Positions 43,285 through 53,296 of a stretch of 64,000 bases of DNA are shown piece by piece; position 1 is the first letter of the stretch, and the number at the start of each line of letters is the position of its first letter. Origin of the DNA: an uncultured Ktedonobacteraceae bacterium (GTDB taxonomy: Bacteria; Chloroflexota; Ktedonobacteria; Ktedonobacterales; Ktedonobacteraceae); the NCBI GenBank assembly GCA_964250805.1, contig CAXUHG010000004.1, positions 25,730 to 89,729 of the forward strand, written 5' to 3'. The position numbers were made by a program, and so were the translations under genes. The notes under the pieces are model-generated. The model was given only the letters and a program-made list of their open reading frames with translations. It did no database searches and was not told the origin of the DNA.

Positions 43285-45429
43285 ATGGCTAAGGAGCCGG
43301 AAGCGAAAAGTCGTATTTGGAGAGAAAAACTGGTAGGGGTATTGCCTACCGTCGGTCAATTTGGAATACTCGTCGCTGTTGCAATTGCAATTCTTCGACT
43401 TACTCCCTTTACATCAGACATGTTGACGGCTTTCTGGACGGGCAGCGATCTACCACGGAGCCACTGGCCCACGGCGCTCTTAATTCAGCGTACCTTTGCG
43501 CAGGATTCCCGGTTGCCGCTCTGGAATCCCTATTATGCAGGAGGGCAACCACTCGCTGCTGACCCACTCGCTGCTCTCTTCTACCCACCAACACATCTGG
43601 TTCACTTTTTCTCGTTGCGCGACTACTATGTTATATTGATTACGAGCCATCTAGTATTTGCAGGGCTAGGTATGTTGCTGCTGGCACGTCGTGCATTGAG
43701 TTTGCCGCGTCTCCCTGCTCTGGTAGCGGCGATTGCGTTCATGGCAACACCCCGTTTGATTGGTCATCTTGGTGCTGGACATATTACGATTGTGCAAACA
43801 GTCGCGTGGTTTCCGTGGCTCGCTCTTGCATGTTGGGCAACGATACGAGAGCCGAGCCGCTGGGGTGTGGCACTTGGGATTTGCTTCGCAATGACGTTGC
43901 TGGCTGGACATCCACAGATTGCATACTATGGACTTTTGATGACTGCAGGATTGGCAGCATGGCTTCTCATACGACGTTGGTGGACGAGCGGATGGCGGTC
44001 AATGCTCAAATCTATCGCAGGTTTAGTGAGTGCTAGCGTAGTTGGTGTCCTGGTCGCTGCAGTCTTCCTGCTACCATTAGCCGAGTTTACAGCCTATTCG
44101 ACGCGCCAGACAGAGGTAAAGTCGCGTGACAGCTATCCGCTATTGGACTTTCTCAAACGGCTCTTTATTCAACCAGCACCGCAAGGTGTTCCTTGGGAAG
44201 TCATGCTCACACCTGGACTGGCGGTACTTGCTCTCGTTGCGATTGCATTCGTACTACGCTGGTACAAGACGTGGCCTCTACTGCTTGGTATCGTCCTTGT
44301 CGCTGGACTAGCAATGGGTGACTCTTCGTCACTCTACATTGTTGCCACACATATATTGCCCAGCTTCGACCGTTTTCGTAGCCCTGCCCGTATCTGGTTC
44401 GTGGCACTTGTCCCCATAGCTCTGCTTGCAGGGCTTGGCACCGATGCACTACGACAAATAGTACAGCGGAGATTTCAACGCGGCTCATTGACGTTTGGTC
44501 TGCTCGCCGTTCTTGTCGTCGCAGGTACGCTCATACCGATGGATTGGAGCTATACAAAAACAGGCAGTGTAACCGATGTAACCACGCCTTCTCAACTAGC
44601 ACGTACAGCATCGCAGTTAGCGGATAGTGGACGAATTTACGACGTGCAGGATGATAATATCTCTCAGGCAACTGCTGTGCTACTACAAACACGCCTTGCC
44701 AGTGGTTGGAATCCGCTTATGATTCAGTCCTACGTTGAGTATATTCATAGTGCTGGAGATTATGATATTGCTGGCTACCAGTTACATATTCCGAGCGCTG
44801 ATGGTCCTCAAGTTCAACCCAAGGCAAAGCTACTCGGCTGGATGAACGTGAGCGTTGTGATTTCGCGGCGACCGATGACCGACCCGCATCTTGCATTTAT
44901 GGAGAAAGTAGATAACGTATACATCTATAAGAACACACTCGACGCTGGTTCCGCGTATCTCGTTAGTCCCGCCTCGAATGGCTCGGTTCCTTCGCTCGAC
45001 GCTATGCAAAAACTTAACATTCCCGTACATACCGTAACGCAGACGCCAGAGCAAGAGACATACACCTTCACGAGCAACACACAGGCGTATCTCGTACTCG
45101 CCGAACCCACATTCCCTGGCTGGATTGCTAGATTGGATGGCAATATTGTATCGCCCCAAATCGTTGCGAAAGTGTTGCCAGCAATCAAAGTCGGCCCCGG
45201 TACTCACACATTGAGTTACAGTTACGCGCCATCATCTGTCCGTATCGGTGCTGTACTTTCAGGAATTGGTCTGCTTGCACTGCTCGCATGGCTCGTGGTC
45301 ATAGCGTTTTGGAAGCCACGTAGACGCCAGACAATCACGGAGGAAGATGGAGAGGAAGGTGTTGAGGAACCCGTAGGGGCTATTATTCATAACGCCCTCG
45401 TACCCATTAACCATGTATACAGAGATTGA
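43285..45429 (+). CDS. Large polytopic membrane protein, YfhO/GT-C-like putative glycosyltransferase
   Basis: 714 aa with more than 10 TM helices. The segment ...LPLWNPYYAGGQPLAADPLAALFYPP... resembles YfhO-type proteins. It ends in a C-terminal beta-rich domain and a final TM helix. Confidence 0.45.
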   Translation: MAKEPEAKSRIWREKLVGVLPTVGQFGILVAVAIAILRLTPFTSDMLTAFWTGSDLPRSHWPTALLIQRTFAQDSRLPLWNPYYAGGQPLAADPLAALFYPPTHLVHFFSLRDYYVILITSHLVFAGLGMLLLARRALSLPRLPALVAAIAFMATPRLIGHLGAGHITIVQTVAWFPWLALACWATIREPSRWGVALGICFAMTLLAGHPQIAYYGLLMTAGLAAWLLIRRWWTSGWRSMLKSIAGLVSASVVGVLVAAVFLLPLAEFTAYSTRQTEVKSRDSYPLLDFLKRLFIQPAPQGVPWEVMLTPGLAVLALVAIAFVLRWYKTWPLLLGIVLVAGLAMGDSSSLYIVATHILPSFDRFRSPARIWFVALVPIALLAGLGTDALRQIVQRRFQRGSLTFGLLAVLVVAGTLIPMDWSYTKTGSVTDVTTPSQLARTASQLADSGRIYDVQDDNISQATAVLLQTRLASGWNPLMIQSYVEYIHSAGDYDIAGYQLHIPSADGPQVQPKAKLLGWMNVSVVISRRPMTDPHLAFMEKVDNVYIYKNTLDAGSAYLVSPASNGSVPSLDAMQKLNIPVHTVTQTPEQETYTFTSNTQAYLVLAEPTFPGWIARLDGNIVSPQIVAKVLPAIKVGPGTHTLSYSYAPSSVRIGAVLSGIGLLALLAWLVVIAFWKPRRRQTITEEDGEEGVEEPVGAIIHNALVPINHVYRD

Positions 45430-45525
45430 GAGCGGCAACAATAAAGACAAAACGTTGTAAATGAGGAAAAGGGCGTAATAAATTATAGCCCCTACAGGTT
45501 CCTTATCAATTATGTAAGCAATATA

Positions 45526-46128
45526 TTACGCGAAAAACTGCTGTACCTGCACGGGAAAATTCGGTACGACTCGTGATGGTAGAGTTTGTTCACCGCTAAA
45601 AACCCCAGATGAGCGATATACTCCGTCCTCTAAGAGCAGCACTTCTATTGTATGCGCCTTTGGCTCGGCAATCCAATACTCTTGTACGCCTGCTTGAGAA
45701 TAGGCTACGTATTTTCGATGCCTGTCATGAATGGCTGTGCTGGGAGAAGAAATCTCTATAGCGAGGTCAGGGGCACCAATCACACGCGCTTCTGTGATTT
45801 TTCCCAGGTTATCGTTAAGAAGCACAAACACGTCAGGTTGGACGACAACGTTATATGCCACTTCAACATCTCTCGGTCCCATATACACATGCCCTAAGCC
45901 AGCCAAGCGTACATGTACAGTCAGGTAATAGAAAAACCAGCCAGTAGCATCCTGATGGGGGCCTGTAGGTGCAGGAGCCATGTTGTAAAGCACTCCATTT
46001 ACAATTTCATATCTCTTCCCATCATCAGGAAGTGCTGCATAATCGTCATAGGTCCAATGACCTTGCTTTGGGCCTATAACCCAATCAGCAGGAGTGACTA
46101 TATCATCTTGGCTGTGTGTTGTTGCCAT
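45526..46128 (-). CDS. Uma2-family (DUF820) PD-(D/E)xK endonuclease-like protein
   Basis: ...YEIVNGVLYNMAPAPTGPHQ..., ...VQPDVFV..., ...APDLAIEISSPST... . The start is at the ATG at 46128. Confidence 0.75.
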   Translation of the reverse strand: MATTHSQDDIVTPADWVIGPKQGHWTYDDYAALPDDGKRYEIVNGVLYNMAPAPTGPHQDATGWFFYYLTVHVRLAGLGHVYMGPRDVEVAYNVVVQPDVFVLLNDNLGKITEARVIGAPDLAIEISSPSTAIHDRHRKYVAYSQAGVQEYWIAEPKAHTIEVLLLEDGVYRSSGVFSGEQTLPSRVVPNFPVQVQQFFA

Positions 46129-46367
46129 TATAGCAATCCTGCCTTTCGTGTAGTTCTCTATCAGAAGGGATAGTGGTTTTCTGCACATAGTATATCATGC
46201 TCTGGAATGAGAAAACACTTATGCATTGTTATATATAATGAAGGGGAGCCAATCAGGAATGGCTGGTCGCTTTAGTACACAATTGGCTCTGGTAGCGTCC
46301 TCTATTTACGTGCTAAGCTTTACATCAACAAGCATAACAATTTTTTGTATACGTACCCATATACATT

Positions 46368-46499
46368 CGTAGGGACCAGATTTATCGCGTCCGTTACGTG
46401 ATTTATCACATGAGATCATTTTGATACATCCTATATATACATAGTAAGGATTTCGCGCAATGAATTGCGCCTACGGACGCGATAAATCTGGTCCCTACG
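46368..46499. repeat. REPIN-like element, long form, with its interior inverted relative to the other copies
   Basis: It has the same perfect 26-bp termini. The interior modules (CGTGATTTATCACA ... GCGCAATGAATTGCGC) appear in reverse-complement order. Confidence 0.9.
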
Positions 46500-46540
46500 A
46501 AACGAAACATGTTAGATGCTACAGCAGGAGAGAAGAACTT

Positions 46541-47428
46541 ATGTTAAAACAGACTGGAACAGTACAGGTGAAGCGCAATTTCCCGGAGATGCTCAAGGGC
46601 GGGGTTATTTGCGACGTTGTGAATGCGGACGAGGCGCGTATCGCGGAAGATGCGGGTGCTTCGGCGGTGATGGCATTGGAACGTGTGCCTGCCGATATTC
46701 GCGCACAAGGTGGCGTGGCTCGTATGAGCGACCCTGATATGATTATCAAGATTAAAGAGGCTGTGACGATTCCCGTAATGGCGAAGTGCCGCATTGGTCA
46801 CTTTGTCGAGGCCGAGATTTTGCAAGCCATCGGTATAGACTGCATCGACGAGTCCGAGGTGCTGTCGCCAGCCGACGAAAGTTTCCATGTTGACAAGCAT
46901 AAATTCTCAGTACCGTTCGTCTGTGGTGCGCGTGACCTCGGCGAAGCTCTACGTCGTATCGGTGAGGGTGCCGCGATGATGCGTACAAAAGGCGAGGCTG
47001 GTACAGGAAACGTGATCGAGGCCGTGCGCCACATGCGTACCATCATGGACGGTATTCGTCGCCTGCAATACCTGCCCGAAGAGGAATTGATGACCGAGGC
47101 CAAGAATCTTGGCGCACCGTATGAAATCGTCAAAGAGGTTGCACGTACAGGCAAATTGCCCGTCGTCAACTTCTCCGCTGGCGGTATCGCTACACCTGCA
47201 GATGCAGCACTTATGATGCGGCTCGGTGCTGAGGGCGTCTTCGTTGGCTCCGGTATCTTCAAATCCGGTGATCCGCTCAAACGCGCCAAAGCGATTGTTC
47301 GCGCCACCACGCACTATCAGGACCCAGAGATCATCGCCGAAGTCTCACGCAATATTGGCGAACCGATGGTTGGTATCAACATTAGCCAACTTCCCGAAAA
47401 CGAACGCATGGCGAAACGTGGCTGGTAA
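46541..47428 (+). CDS. pdxS: Pyridoxal 5'-phosphate synthase lyase subunit
   Basis: ...[24 protein letters not shown]..., ...[11 protein letters not shown]... . The start is at the ATG at 46541 (SD AGGAG). The track start at 46460 lies inside the repeat element. Confidence 0.92.
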   Translation: MLKQTGTVQVKRNFPEMLKGGVICDVVNADEARIAEDAGASAVMALERVPADIRAQGGVARMSDPDMIIKIKEAVTIPVMAKCRIGHFVEAEILQAIGIDCIDESEVLSPADESFHVDKHKFSVPFVCGARDLGEALRRIGEGAAMMRTKGEAGTGNVIEAVRHMRTIMDGIRRLQYLPEEELMTEAKNLGAPYEIVKEVARTGKLPVVNFSAGGIATPADAALMMRLGAEGVFVGSGIFKSGDPLKRAKAIVRATTHYQDPEIIAEVSRNIGEPMVGINISQLPENERMAKRGW

Positions 47429-47435
47429 AAATTAG

Positions 47436-47483
47436 GATGTTATTGCTTGTTGTGGCACATATGCTGCAACAAGCAATAACATC
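47436..47483. terminator. 17-bp perfect inverted repeat (extendable with mismatches) 3' of pdxS
   Basis: GATGTTATTGCTTGTTG-14 nt-CAACAAGCAATAACATC. Confidence 0.5.
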
Positions 47484-47516
47484 TGAATCACAGAAACATA
47501 AAAATAGGGTAGTAAA

Positions 47517-48152
47517 ATGTCCAACCCAACACTACGTATCGGCGTATTAGCATTACAGGGTGATTTCGAGGCGCACATTCAAGCACTGAAAATGGCGGCC
47601 TCGATGTTGGGTATCGAAGTGATTGGAATTCCTGTTCGATTACCTAAACATCTTGACGAAATTGATGGTATAATATTACCAGGTGGTGAGAGTACAACCA
47701 TCGGCAAATTGATGGTTGAATATGGCTTAGATGGTATACTAAAACAAAAGATTCAAGATGGCGTTCCCTTCTGGGGAACATGTGCGGGCTTAATTTTATT
47801 AGCGAAAGAGACGGATAACGCGCTTGCTGGTCAGCCATTACTGGCTTCACTCGACATTCGCGTTCGCCGCAATGCATTTGGTAGTCAGCGAGAGAGTTTT
47901 GAGACAGACCTTTCGGTGCCTGCATTAGGAGAAGCTCCATTCCATGCCTTCTTCATCCGAGGGCCAGCCGTAGAAACGGTGGGACCAGAGGTGGAAGTGC
48001 TGGCGAAGCTCGACGACGGAACCATCGTCGCCGTCCGTGAAGGAACTCTGCTAGGGACCGCGTTTCACCCGGAGGTTGCGATAGCCGAAGGCCAGAGAGA
48101 CCCACGTTTTCATCATTACTTTCTCCGTATAGTACAGAGCGTCGCCTCGTAG
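47517..48152 (+). CDS. pdxT: Pyridoxal 5'-phosphate synthase glutaminase subunit
   Basis: ...IGVLALQGDFEAH..., the GTCAG nucleophile region, ...FHPE... ; 211 aa. Confidence 0.9.
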   Translation: MSNPTLRIGVLALQGDFEAHIQALKMAASMLGIEVIGIPVRLPKHLDEIDGIILPGGESTTIGKLMVEYGLDGILKQKIQDGVPFWGTCAGLILLAKETDNALAGQPLLASLDIRVRRNAFGSQRESFETDLSVPALGEAPFHAFFIRGPAVETVGPEVEVLAKLDDGTIVAVREGTLLGTAFHPEVAIAEGQRDPRFHHYFLRIVQSVAS

Positions 48153-48247
48153 GGGTCTGATTTATCACACCCAATACATCGTACTCATGATGTAAGGTCT
48201 GATTGATTCTACCCACGATGCCTGTAGGGGTCTGATTTATCACACCC
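48148..48247 (+). repeat. Family-2 GTAG repeats: two good direct copies plus one degenerate copy
   Basis: CGTAGGGGTCTGATTTATCACACCC at 48148-48172 overlaps the pdxT TAG stop. TGTAAGGTCTGATTGATTCTACCC at 48191-48214 is the degenerate copy. TGTAGGGGTCTGATTTATCACACCC lies at 48223-48247. Confidence 0.8.
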
Positions 48248-48264
48248 GCGACGCAGGAGCAACG

Positions 48265-49311
48265 ATGATACGACCGGTCCTGTTTGTGGATTTACCGGGC
48301 ATCATCTACGCCATTGACCGCCGCGCTCGCAGCAGGCAACACGAGTTTGCGAACTTCGTCTGCTGGCTAGAGCCGGTGGAGGACGCCATCACTCCGTCAC
48401 CGCTTATAAGAAACATTCTTCCAATCACACCATCTTCGCGCACATGGATTTGTGAAGACCACTGGCGCTTGTTAGGCTTCGCACAGATGCGGGAGCGACC
48501 ATCACGTACCGCCTGGGATATGTCCTATCTGGCCTCTATCGTACAACGCAGTCCCGCCGCATCCAGCGAGGAGGATGTGCTGATCGCTCTGCTCGAATAC
48601 ATGGCAGAGATGGCGGCGACACACGGTATTCTACGTATTTTTGCAAAAGTTGAGGACGAAGTGCCAGAGCTTGGCCTGTTCCAACGCTCTGGCTTTCAAC
48701 GCTACGCCCGCGAACTCACCTATGTCTATCAACAAGGTGCATTAAGCGGACTCGACGAGCCTCCACTATCATCGCTGCGCCGCTGGAATCGCCACTACGC
48801 GTGGGGATTGCACCAGTTGTACCGCTCGGTCACTCCGCAACGGGTGCAGATGGCGGAACTGCTGGAGAGCAGCGAGGAATATGCGAAACTCCACGTTGGC
48901 ACGCAACAGCTCTTCTCTAACCGGAACGAGAATTACGTCTGTGATGTCGGCGTGCGTTTAGGAGCCTGGTTGCGGCTCTGTCGAGGTCAAGGCTCGACTC
49001 CGCACCGACTCTTTATACAGGTGCATCCTGAACATGTTGACCTTGCGGAACCGCTTTTGCGTTTCGGCATGCGACGGCTTCAGGAAAACGACATACGCCC
49101 GATCTATTGTATGGTAAGGGAGTATGATTCTTCTGTTATCACCGCCCTACGCAATAGCGGATTTGAGCAGACCTTGACCAAAGACCTGCTCGTGCGACAC
49201 ATGGCCTTACTCGCCATGCGTCAAAGCACCGTCCCCCTGCTAGAGCAACGTGCGGTCTATGGCTTGAAAGGTCTGGGGACGGTCAATTCACGCCAAAAAA
49301 CTATGAGGTGA
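48265..49311 (+). CDS. Hypothetical protein, possibly a tandem GNAT-like acetyltransferase fold
   Basis: ...[27 protein letters not shown]... and ...[19 protein letters not shown]... look like GNAT beta4-alpha3 ends. The evidence is weak. Confidence 0.35.
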   Translation: MIRPVLFVDLPGIIYAIDRRARSRQHEFANFVCWLEPVEDAITPSPLIRNILPITPSSRTWICEDHWRLLGFAQMRERPSRTAWDMSYLASIVQRSPAASSEEDVLIALLEYMAEMAATHGILRIFAKVEDEVPELGLFQRSGFQRYARELTYVYQQGALSGLDEPPLSSLRRWNRHYAWGLHQLYRSVTPQRVQMAELLESSEEYAKLHVGTQQLFSNRNENYVCDVGVRLGAWLRLCRGQGSTPHRLFIQVHPEHVDLAEPLLRFGMRRLQENDIRPIYCMVREYDSSVITALRNSGFEQTLTKDLLVRHMALLAMRQSTVPLLEQRAVYGLKGLGTVNSRQKTMR

Positions 49312-49321
49312 ACAACTGCCT

Positions 49322-51256
49322 ATGCAACATGTGATCACTGACGATCTGAACGCTCTGCTGGCTGCCCTTCCGCCGAGCATTCGCGAGGCGGTCTATCGGC
49401 TCGAAAACCGAAGCGAACTGCTGGAGATCGTAATGGACCTCGGACGTATTGCCGAGGGCCGCTTCCCAGATGGGGAGGTGATCCTTAGCTCTGAGCCTGT
49501 GACCTCGGCTGACCTCGAATATGTGGTTGAGCACATCGGTGAGTTTGGCGACGATAACCGTGCAGGTATCGAACGCACACTGCACCGCATTAGCGCATTA
49601 CGCAACCGCAAAGGCAAAGTAGTCGGCTTGACCTGTCGTATTGGGCGTGCGGTCCTTGGCAGTATCGCCCTGATTCGCGACATCGTTGAGCAGGGTCAAT
49701 CAATTTTAATACTTGGTCGCCCAGGTGTGGGTAAAACCACTCTGTTGCGTGAAATAGCTCGCGTCCTCGCGGACGAAGCCAATAAACGTGTTGTTGTCGT
49801 CGATACCTCGAACGAGATTGCGGGCGATGGTGATATCCCCCACTCCGGCATAGGGCGTGCGCGTCGTATGCAGGTGGCTCGCACCGTCGAGCAGCACGCA
49901 GTCATGATCGAGGCTGTGCAGAACCATATGCCACAGGTCATCGTGATCGACGAGATCGGCACCGAATTGGAGGCACTTGCAGCCCGTACTATCGCGGAAC
50001 GTGGCGTACAGTTAGTCGCAACCGCGCACGGTAACTCGCTGGGCAACCTGCTGGTCAATCCGACGCTCTCCGACCTCATCGGTGGCATCCAGACCGTGAC
50101 GCTCGGTGACGAAGAGGCGCGTCGTCGTCACACACAGAAGACGATCAACGAGCGCAAATCCGCCCCGACCTTCGATGTGGTGGTGGAGCAGCAAAGCTGG
50201 GACGAGGCGGTCGTCCACCGCGACGTTGCCGATACTATTGACAACATGCTGCGTGGTCAAGCCACCGTCGCCGAAGAGCGCACACGCAACGAGGAGACGG
50301 GTGAGGTTAGCGTGCGCCGTATCACCACTGGCGGCATGGATGTGCCCTCATGGGGTAGCGGCGGACTGGGTGGACCTGATCAGGGCTTCACACCACGCAC
50401 CTTCGAGCGACCAGAACGCCCTGAACGCTCGAACCGTAATGGCGGACGAGGCGGCAACTGGAACCAATATCGTTCGAGTGGAAGTTCACAGGATGTGCGT
50501 TCAAACGATGCAGCTATAACACGCGGCGAACGCTTTCGTGGACGAGGAGCAGAGTCTCAGCAATTTCAGCCACAGATGAGAACGCTGGCTCCAACCGGTA
50601 CGGCACCATCGGAGGTGAAGCAAATTGGTAGCACCGCCCTTATCACGACGGAACGCCCCTTCCTCGAAGAGGGCATCTACCAGCCTATCGAAGCCGAGAT
50701 GCCGGTTCCGCTGATGAAGTCGATGCGCGTCTACCCGTTTGGTGTAAACCGCGACCGACTGGCTGATGCGGCGCGAACATTGCGCGTTCCCGTTGTTATC
50801 ACAGCGAACGAACGCGAGGCCGATGCGATCATCAGCATTAAAAACTACTACAAACGTCAACCAGAGCGTTTGCAGCAAGCTGAGCAGGATCGCAAGATGA
50901 TTATCATCCTGAAAAACAACACGGTCACACAGATGCAGCATGCGCTGGCTCGCCTCTTCGACATCCCGCTCACCACAACAGAGAGTGATGGCGAAGGCGA
51001 CGAGTCAGACGAAGGAGGGTCTCCAAACGACTTGTCTAATCAAGAGTTTGATGACCCAACGAAGAAGGCTATGCTAGAGACGGAGGACGCCATTCATCAA
51101 GTCTTGAACAAGGGCTTGACAACGGCTGAACTCGCCCCTGCCAACGCCTACATTCGCCGCTTGCAGCATCAAATGGCGACGCGCTACAACCTGATTTCAA
51201 GGAGTCGAGGCAAGGAACCACAAAGAAGAGTGAAGATATTCCGCTCGCGGGATTAA
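49322..51256 (+). CDS. SpoIIIAA/Ycf45-like AAA ATPase with a C-terminal R3H nucleic-acid-binding domain
   Basis: Walker [17 protein letters not shown], ...[18 protein letters not shown]..., Walker B VIVIDEIG, a disordered G/R-rich linker, and the C-terminus ...[30 protein letters not shown]. Confidence 0.75.
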   Translation: MQHVITDDLNALLAALPPSIREAVYRLENRSELLEIVMDLGRIAEGRFPDGEVILSSEPVTSADLEYVVEHIGEFGDDNRAGIERTLHRISALRNRKGKVVGLTCRIGRAVLGSIALIRDIVEQGQSILILGRPGVGKTTLLREIARVLADEANKRVVVVDTSNEIAGDGDIPHSGIGRARRMQVARTVEQHAVMIEAVQNHMPQVIVIDEIGTELEALAARTIAERGVQLVATAHGNSLGNLLVNPTLSDLIGGIQTVTLGDEEARRRHTQKTINERKSAPTFDVVVEQQSWDEAVVHRDVADTIDNMLRGQATVAEERTRNEETGEVSVRRITTGGMDVPSWGSGGLGGPDQGFTPRTFERPERPERSNRNGGRGGNWNQYRSSGSSQDVRSNDAAITRGERFRGRGAESQQFQPQMRTLAPTGTAPSEVKQIGSTALITTERPFLEEGIYQPIEAEMPVPLMKSMRVYPFGVNRDRLADAARTLRVPVVITANEREADAIISIKNYYKRQPERLQQAEQDRKMIIILKNNTVTQMQHALARLFDIPLTTTESDGEGDESDEGGSPNDLSNQEFDDPTKKAMLETEDAIHQVLNKGLTTAELAPANAYIRRLQHQMATRYNLISRSRGKEPQRRVKIFRSRD

Positions 51257-51326
51257 CAAGTGTCAAAGACATAAAAAACTGGCAGACCGTATGGTCTGCC
51301 AGTTTTTTATGTCTTTGACACTTGTT
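51255..51326. terminator. Perfect 34-bp inverted repeat with a 4-nt loop
   Basis: AACAAGTGTCAAAGACATAAAAAACTGGCAGACC-gtat-reverse complement. The left arm overlaps the TAA stop at 51254-51256. Confidence 0.6.
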
Positions 51327-51415
51327 CATGTCCCTTTTTATACTTCCCTGTGTTCTTATCTATATCATCATGCATGATGCAAACCTGATAACATGTTGAG
51401 ATAGGACGAACATAC

Positions 51416-52004
51416 ATGAAAGACATCTCAGCTCTGCCGACAGCAGGAGGCAAGAATCCCCTAGCAGCAAATGACGACGAAGCAAGATGGATAGCAGCAG
51501 CTCAAGCCTCTCCGAACGCCTTTGAGCCGTTGTACCTGCGCTATCGAGGTCGTGTCTATCACTACTTACGAACGCGCCTGAATAATGATGAGGACGCTGC
51601 CGACGCAACGCAGCAGGTCTTTCTGCAAGCGTTGAAGGCACTGCCGAAATATAAGCAGCGTGGCATACCCTTCGCGGTATGGCTATTTCGTATCGCGCAC
51701 CATTTGGCGGATCAATCTCTCCAGTCGCAGTGCCAGTACAGTATCGTGGCAGGCACTACCGGAGCATCCAGCCAGCGAGCAGAATGTAGAGGCGAATGTA
51801 CTTCAGCAGGAGACGCTAGCCCATCTTCAACGCTTGCTTACAACACTAGACCCATATAAACGCGAATTGCTATCGCTTCGCTTCGCCGCTGGACTTACCG
51901 TCCCACAGATTGCCGCCGTACTTGGCAAAAATCCAGAGGCCGTCAAAAAGCAACTTAGCCGCCTGCTGCAATCTTTCAAGGAGCAATATCATGACGAACG
52001 ATAA
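51416..52004 (+). pseudogene. ECF sigma factor interrupted by a 1-nt frameshift
   Basis: Region 2 (...ATQQVFLQALKAL...WLFRIAHHLA) is in the frame of 51416. Region 4 (...LLSLRFAAGLTVPQIAAVLGKNPEAVKKQLSRL) is in the frame of 51660. The frames join if one G of GCGG at 51707-51710 is skipped. Confidence 0.6.
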
Positions 52005-53217
52005 AGCACAAAACTACTCAGATATATTCGATGAGCAGCGCGAGCCGGAACTGGCACGTCATGTGCGTACCCTGGAAACGCTCTACACATCGCATGAGTT
52101 ACCCGCGCAACTCACCTGGACACGGTTACAACTACAGGCGAGACAGGTTGACACAAAAGCCGCTACTACACCGCAATGGCGACAGCCCGTCCAGCGAGCC
52201 TCGGTACGCTTCAGTCTTGCCGCGCTTGCACTGGTAGTTGTACTGCTCTTCAGTGGTTTCGCATTTGCATTCAGCGGCGGTGATATCAATGCATTGCTAC
52301 AAAAAATCCTGTTAGCAGGTAATGGTGGGCAACAGGTTTTCCAGAAACAACAATTTGTCCATATTGGAAAAACAAAAACCATTGAAGGTTTCACTTTGAC
52401 CGTTGAAGACGCCTATGCCGATGCCAACGAGATTATTGTGAGCTATTCTATTACGTCGGCTAATGTAGAGGCGTTAGGTAAGGGAGGGCATTGGGCATTT
52501 AATGATGTTTTGCTCGCAACAAAGGACGATGCCAATATACCCGAATTGCTAAGTAGAGGGACAGAACCCGATTGGGCATATTCAAAAAACAATCAGAACA
52601 AAATCGCTACAGGTTTGAATGTTGTGTACTTTGACGGTAGCACGATACAGGGCAATCCTAAGAGCATCAACCTCCACACAACTGTTACCTATGGTTGCGG
52701 AAGTGAAGGAGGAGGACCAAGTTCAGAGACAATCAATGGAACAACGATTGCATTGACGCCAACGCCAGGGAGCGATTGTTCGGCGAAGGCAACAGAAGTA
52801 TCGAACAAATTGAACTGGGCCTTTGATTTCTCGCTTCCGTTCCACGCAGGTCGAGTCGTCAACGTACATCAATCAGTTACATCAGGCGGGAGAACAATTA
52901 CGTTAGAGCGCATTGTTATCACACAATCAGAAACACGCTTGTACATAGATGGCTTCGCGTACAGCAACGACCGTGACGAGTTACATTCGTTACAGTACAA
53001 TCTCTTACTTGGCAACAAGAATTACAATGAGGTTCAATTCGGGGGACAAGGTACAGGTCATCCATTTGTGTGGTTGGAGGAATCGCTTACTCAACAGAAT
53101 GGAGATGCAACTTTTACCATCGTCTCATATACTACGCCAGCTAATGCAACACCTGTACCATATGGACCCTTGTCCGTCAAAGGTGGTCCGTGGGTTTTCC
53201 ACTTTGTAATACCGTAA
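51991..53217 (+). CDS. Anti-sigma-factor-like membrane protein (single TM, DUF4179-like ectodomain)
   Basis: The start is at the ATG at 51991 (SD AAGGAG) and overlaps the sigma gene end by 14 nt. The TM helix is FSLAALALVVVLLFSGFAFAF. Confidence 0.55.
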   Translation: MTNDKAQNYSDIFDEQREPELARHVRTLETLYTSHELPAQLTWTRLQLQARQVDTKAATTPQWRQPVQRASVRFSLAALALVVVLLFSGFAFAFSGGDINALLQKILLAGNGGQQVFQKQQFVHIGKTKTIEGFTLTVEDAYADANEIIVSYSITSANVEALGKGGHWAFNDVLLATKDDANIPELLSRGTEPDWAYSKNNQNKIATGLNVVYFDGSTIQGNPKSINLHTTVTYGCGSEGGGPSSETINGTTIALTPTPGSDCSAKATEVSNKLNWAFDFSLPFHAGRVVNVHQSVTSGGRTITLERIVITQSETRLYIDGFAYSNDRDELHSLQYNLLLGNKNYNEVQFGGQGTGHPFVWLEESLTQQNGDATFTIVSYTTPANATPVPYGPLSVKGGPWVFHFVIP

Positions 53218-53296
53218 GCGCATATTCTACGAGAAAATGACTTCTTCAAGCGTTCTTTTTTATTGGGAGAAGATTACGTTTGAAGGAGTTATTTTC

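Noticed and set aside
46519-47314. Long antisense or out-of-frame ORFs inside pdxS. The same situation occurs inside sdhA, gcvPA/PB, the Rad50-like gene, the R3H ATPase gene, the LLM gene and others.
   Set aside because: These are typical shadow ORFs of GC-richer coding DNA. The sense-frame proteins have unambiguous family motifs, while the shadow ORFs have biased low-complexity composition (R/S/A/P-rich) and no start context.
48148-48247. Direct repeats that could have been a mini CRISPR array
   Set aside because: There are only two good copies and one degenerate copy, with unequal spacing (43 and 32 bp start to start). The repeat recurs singly elsewhere (57430), it shares its core with the REPIN family, and no cas genes are in the window.
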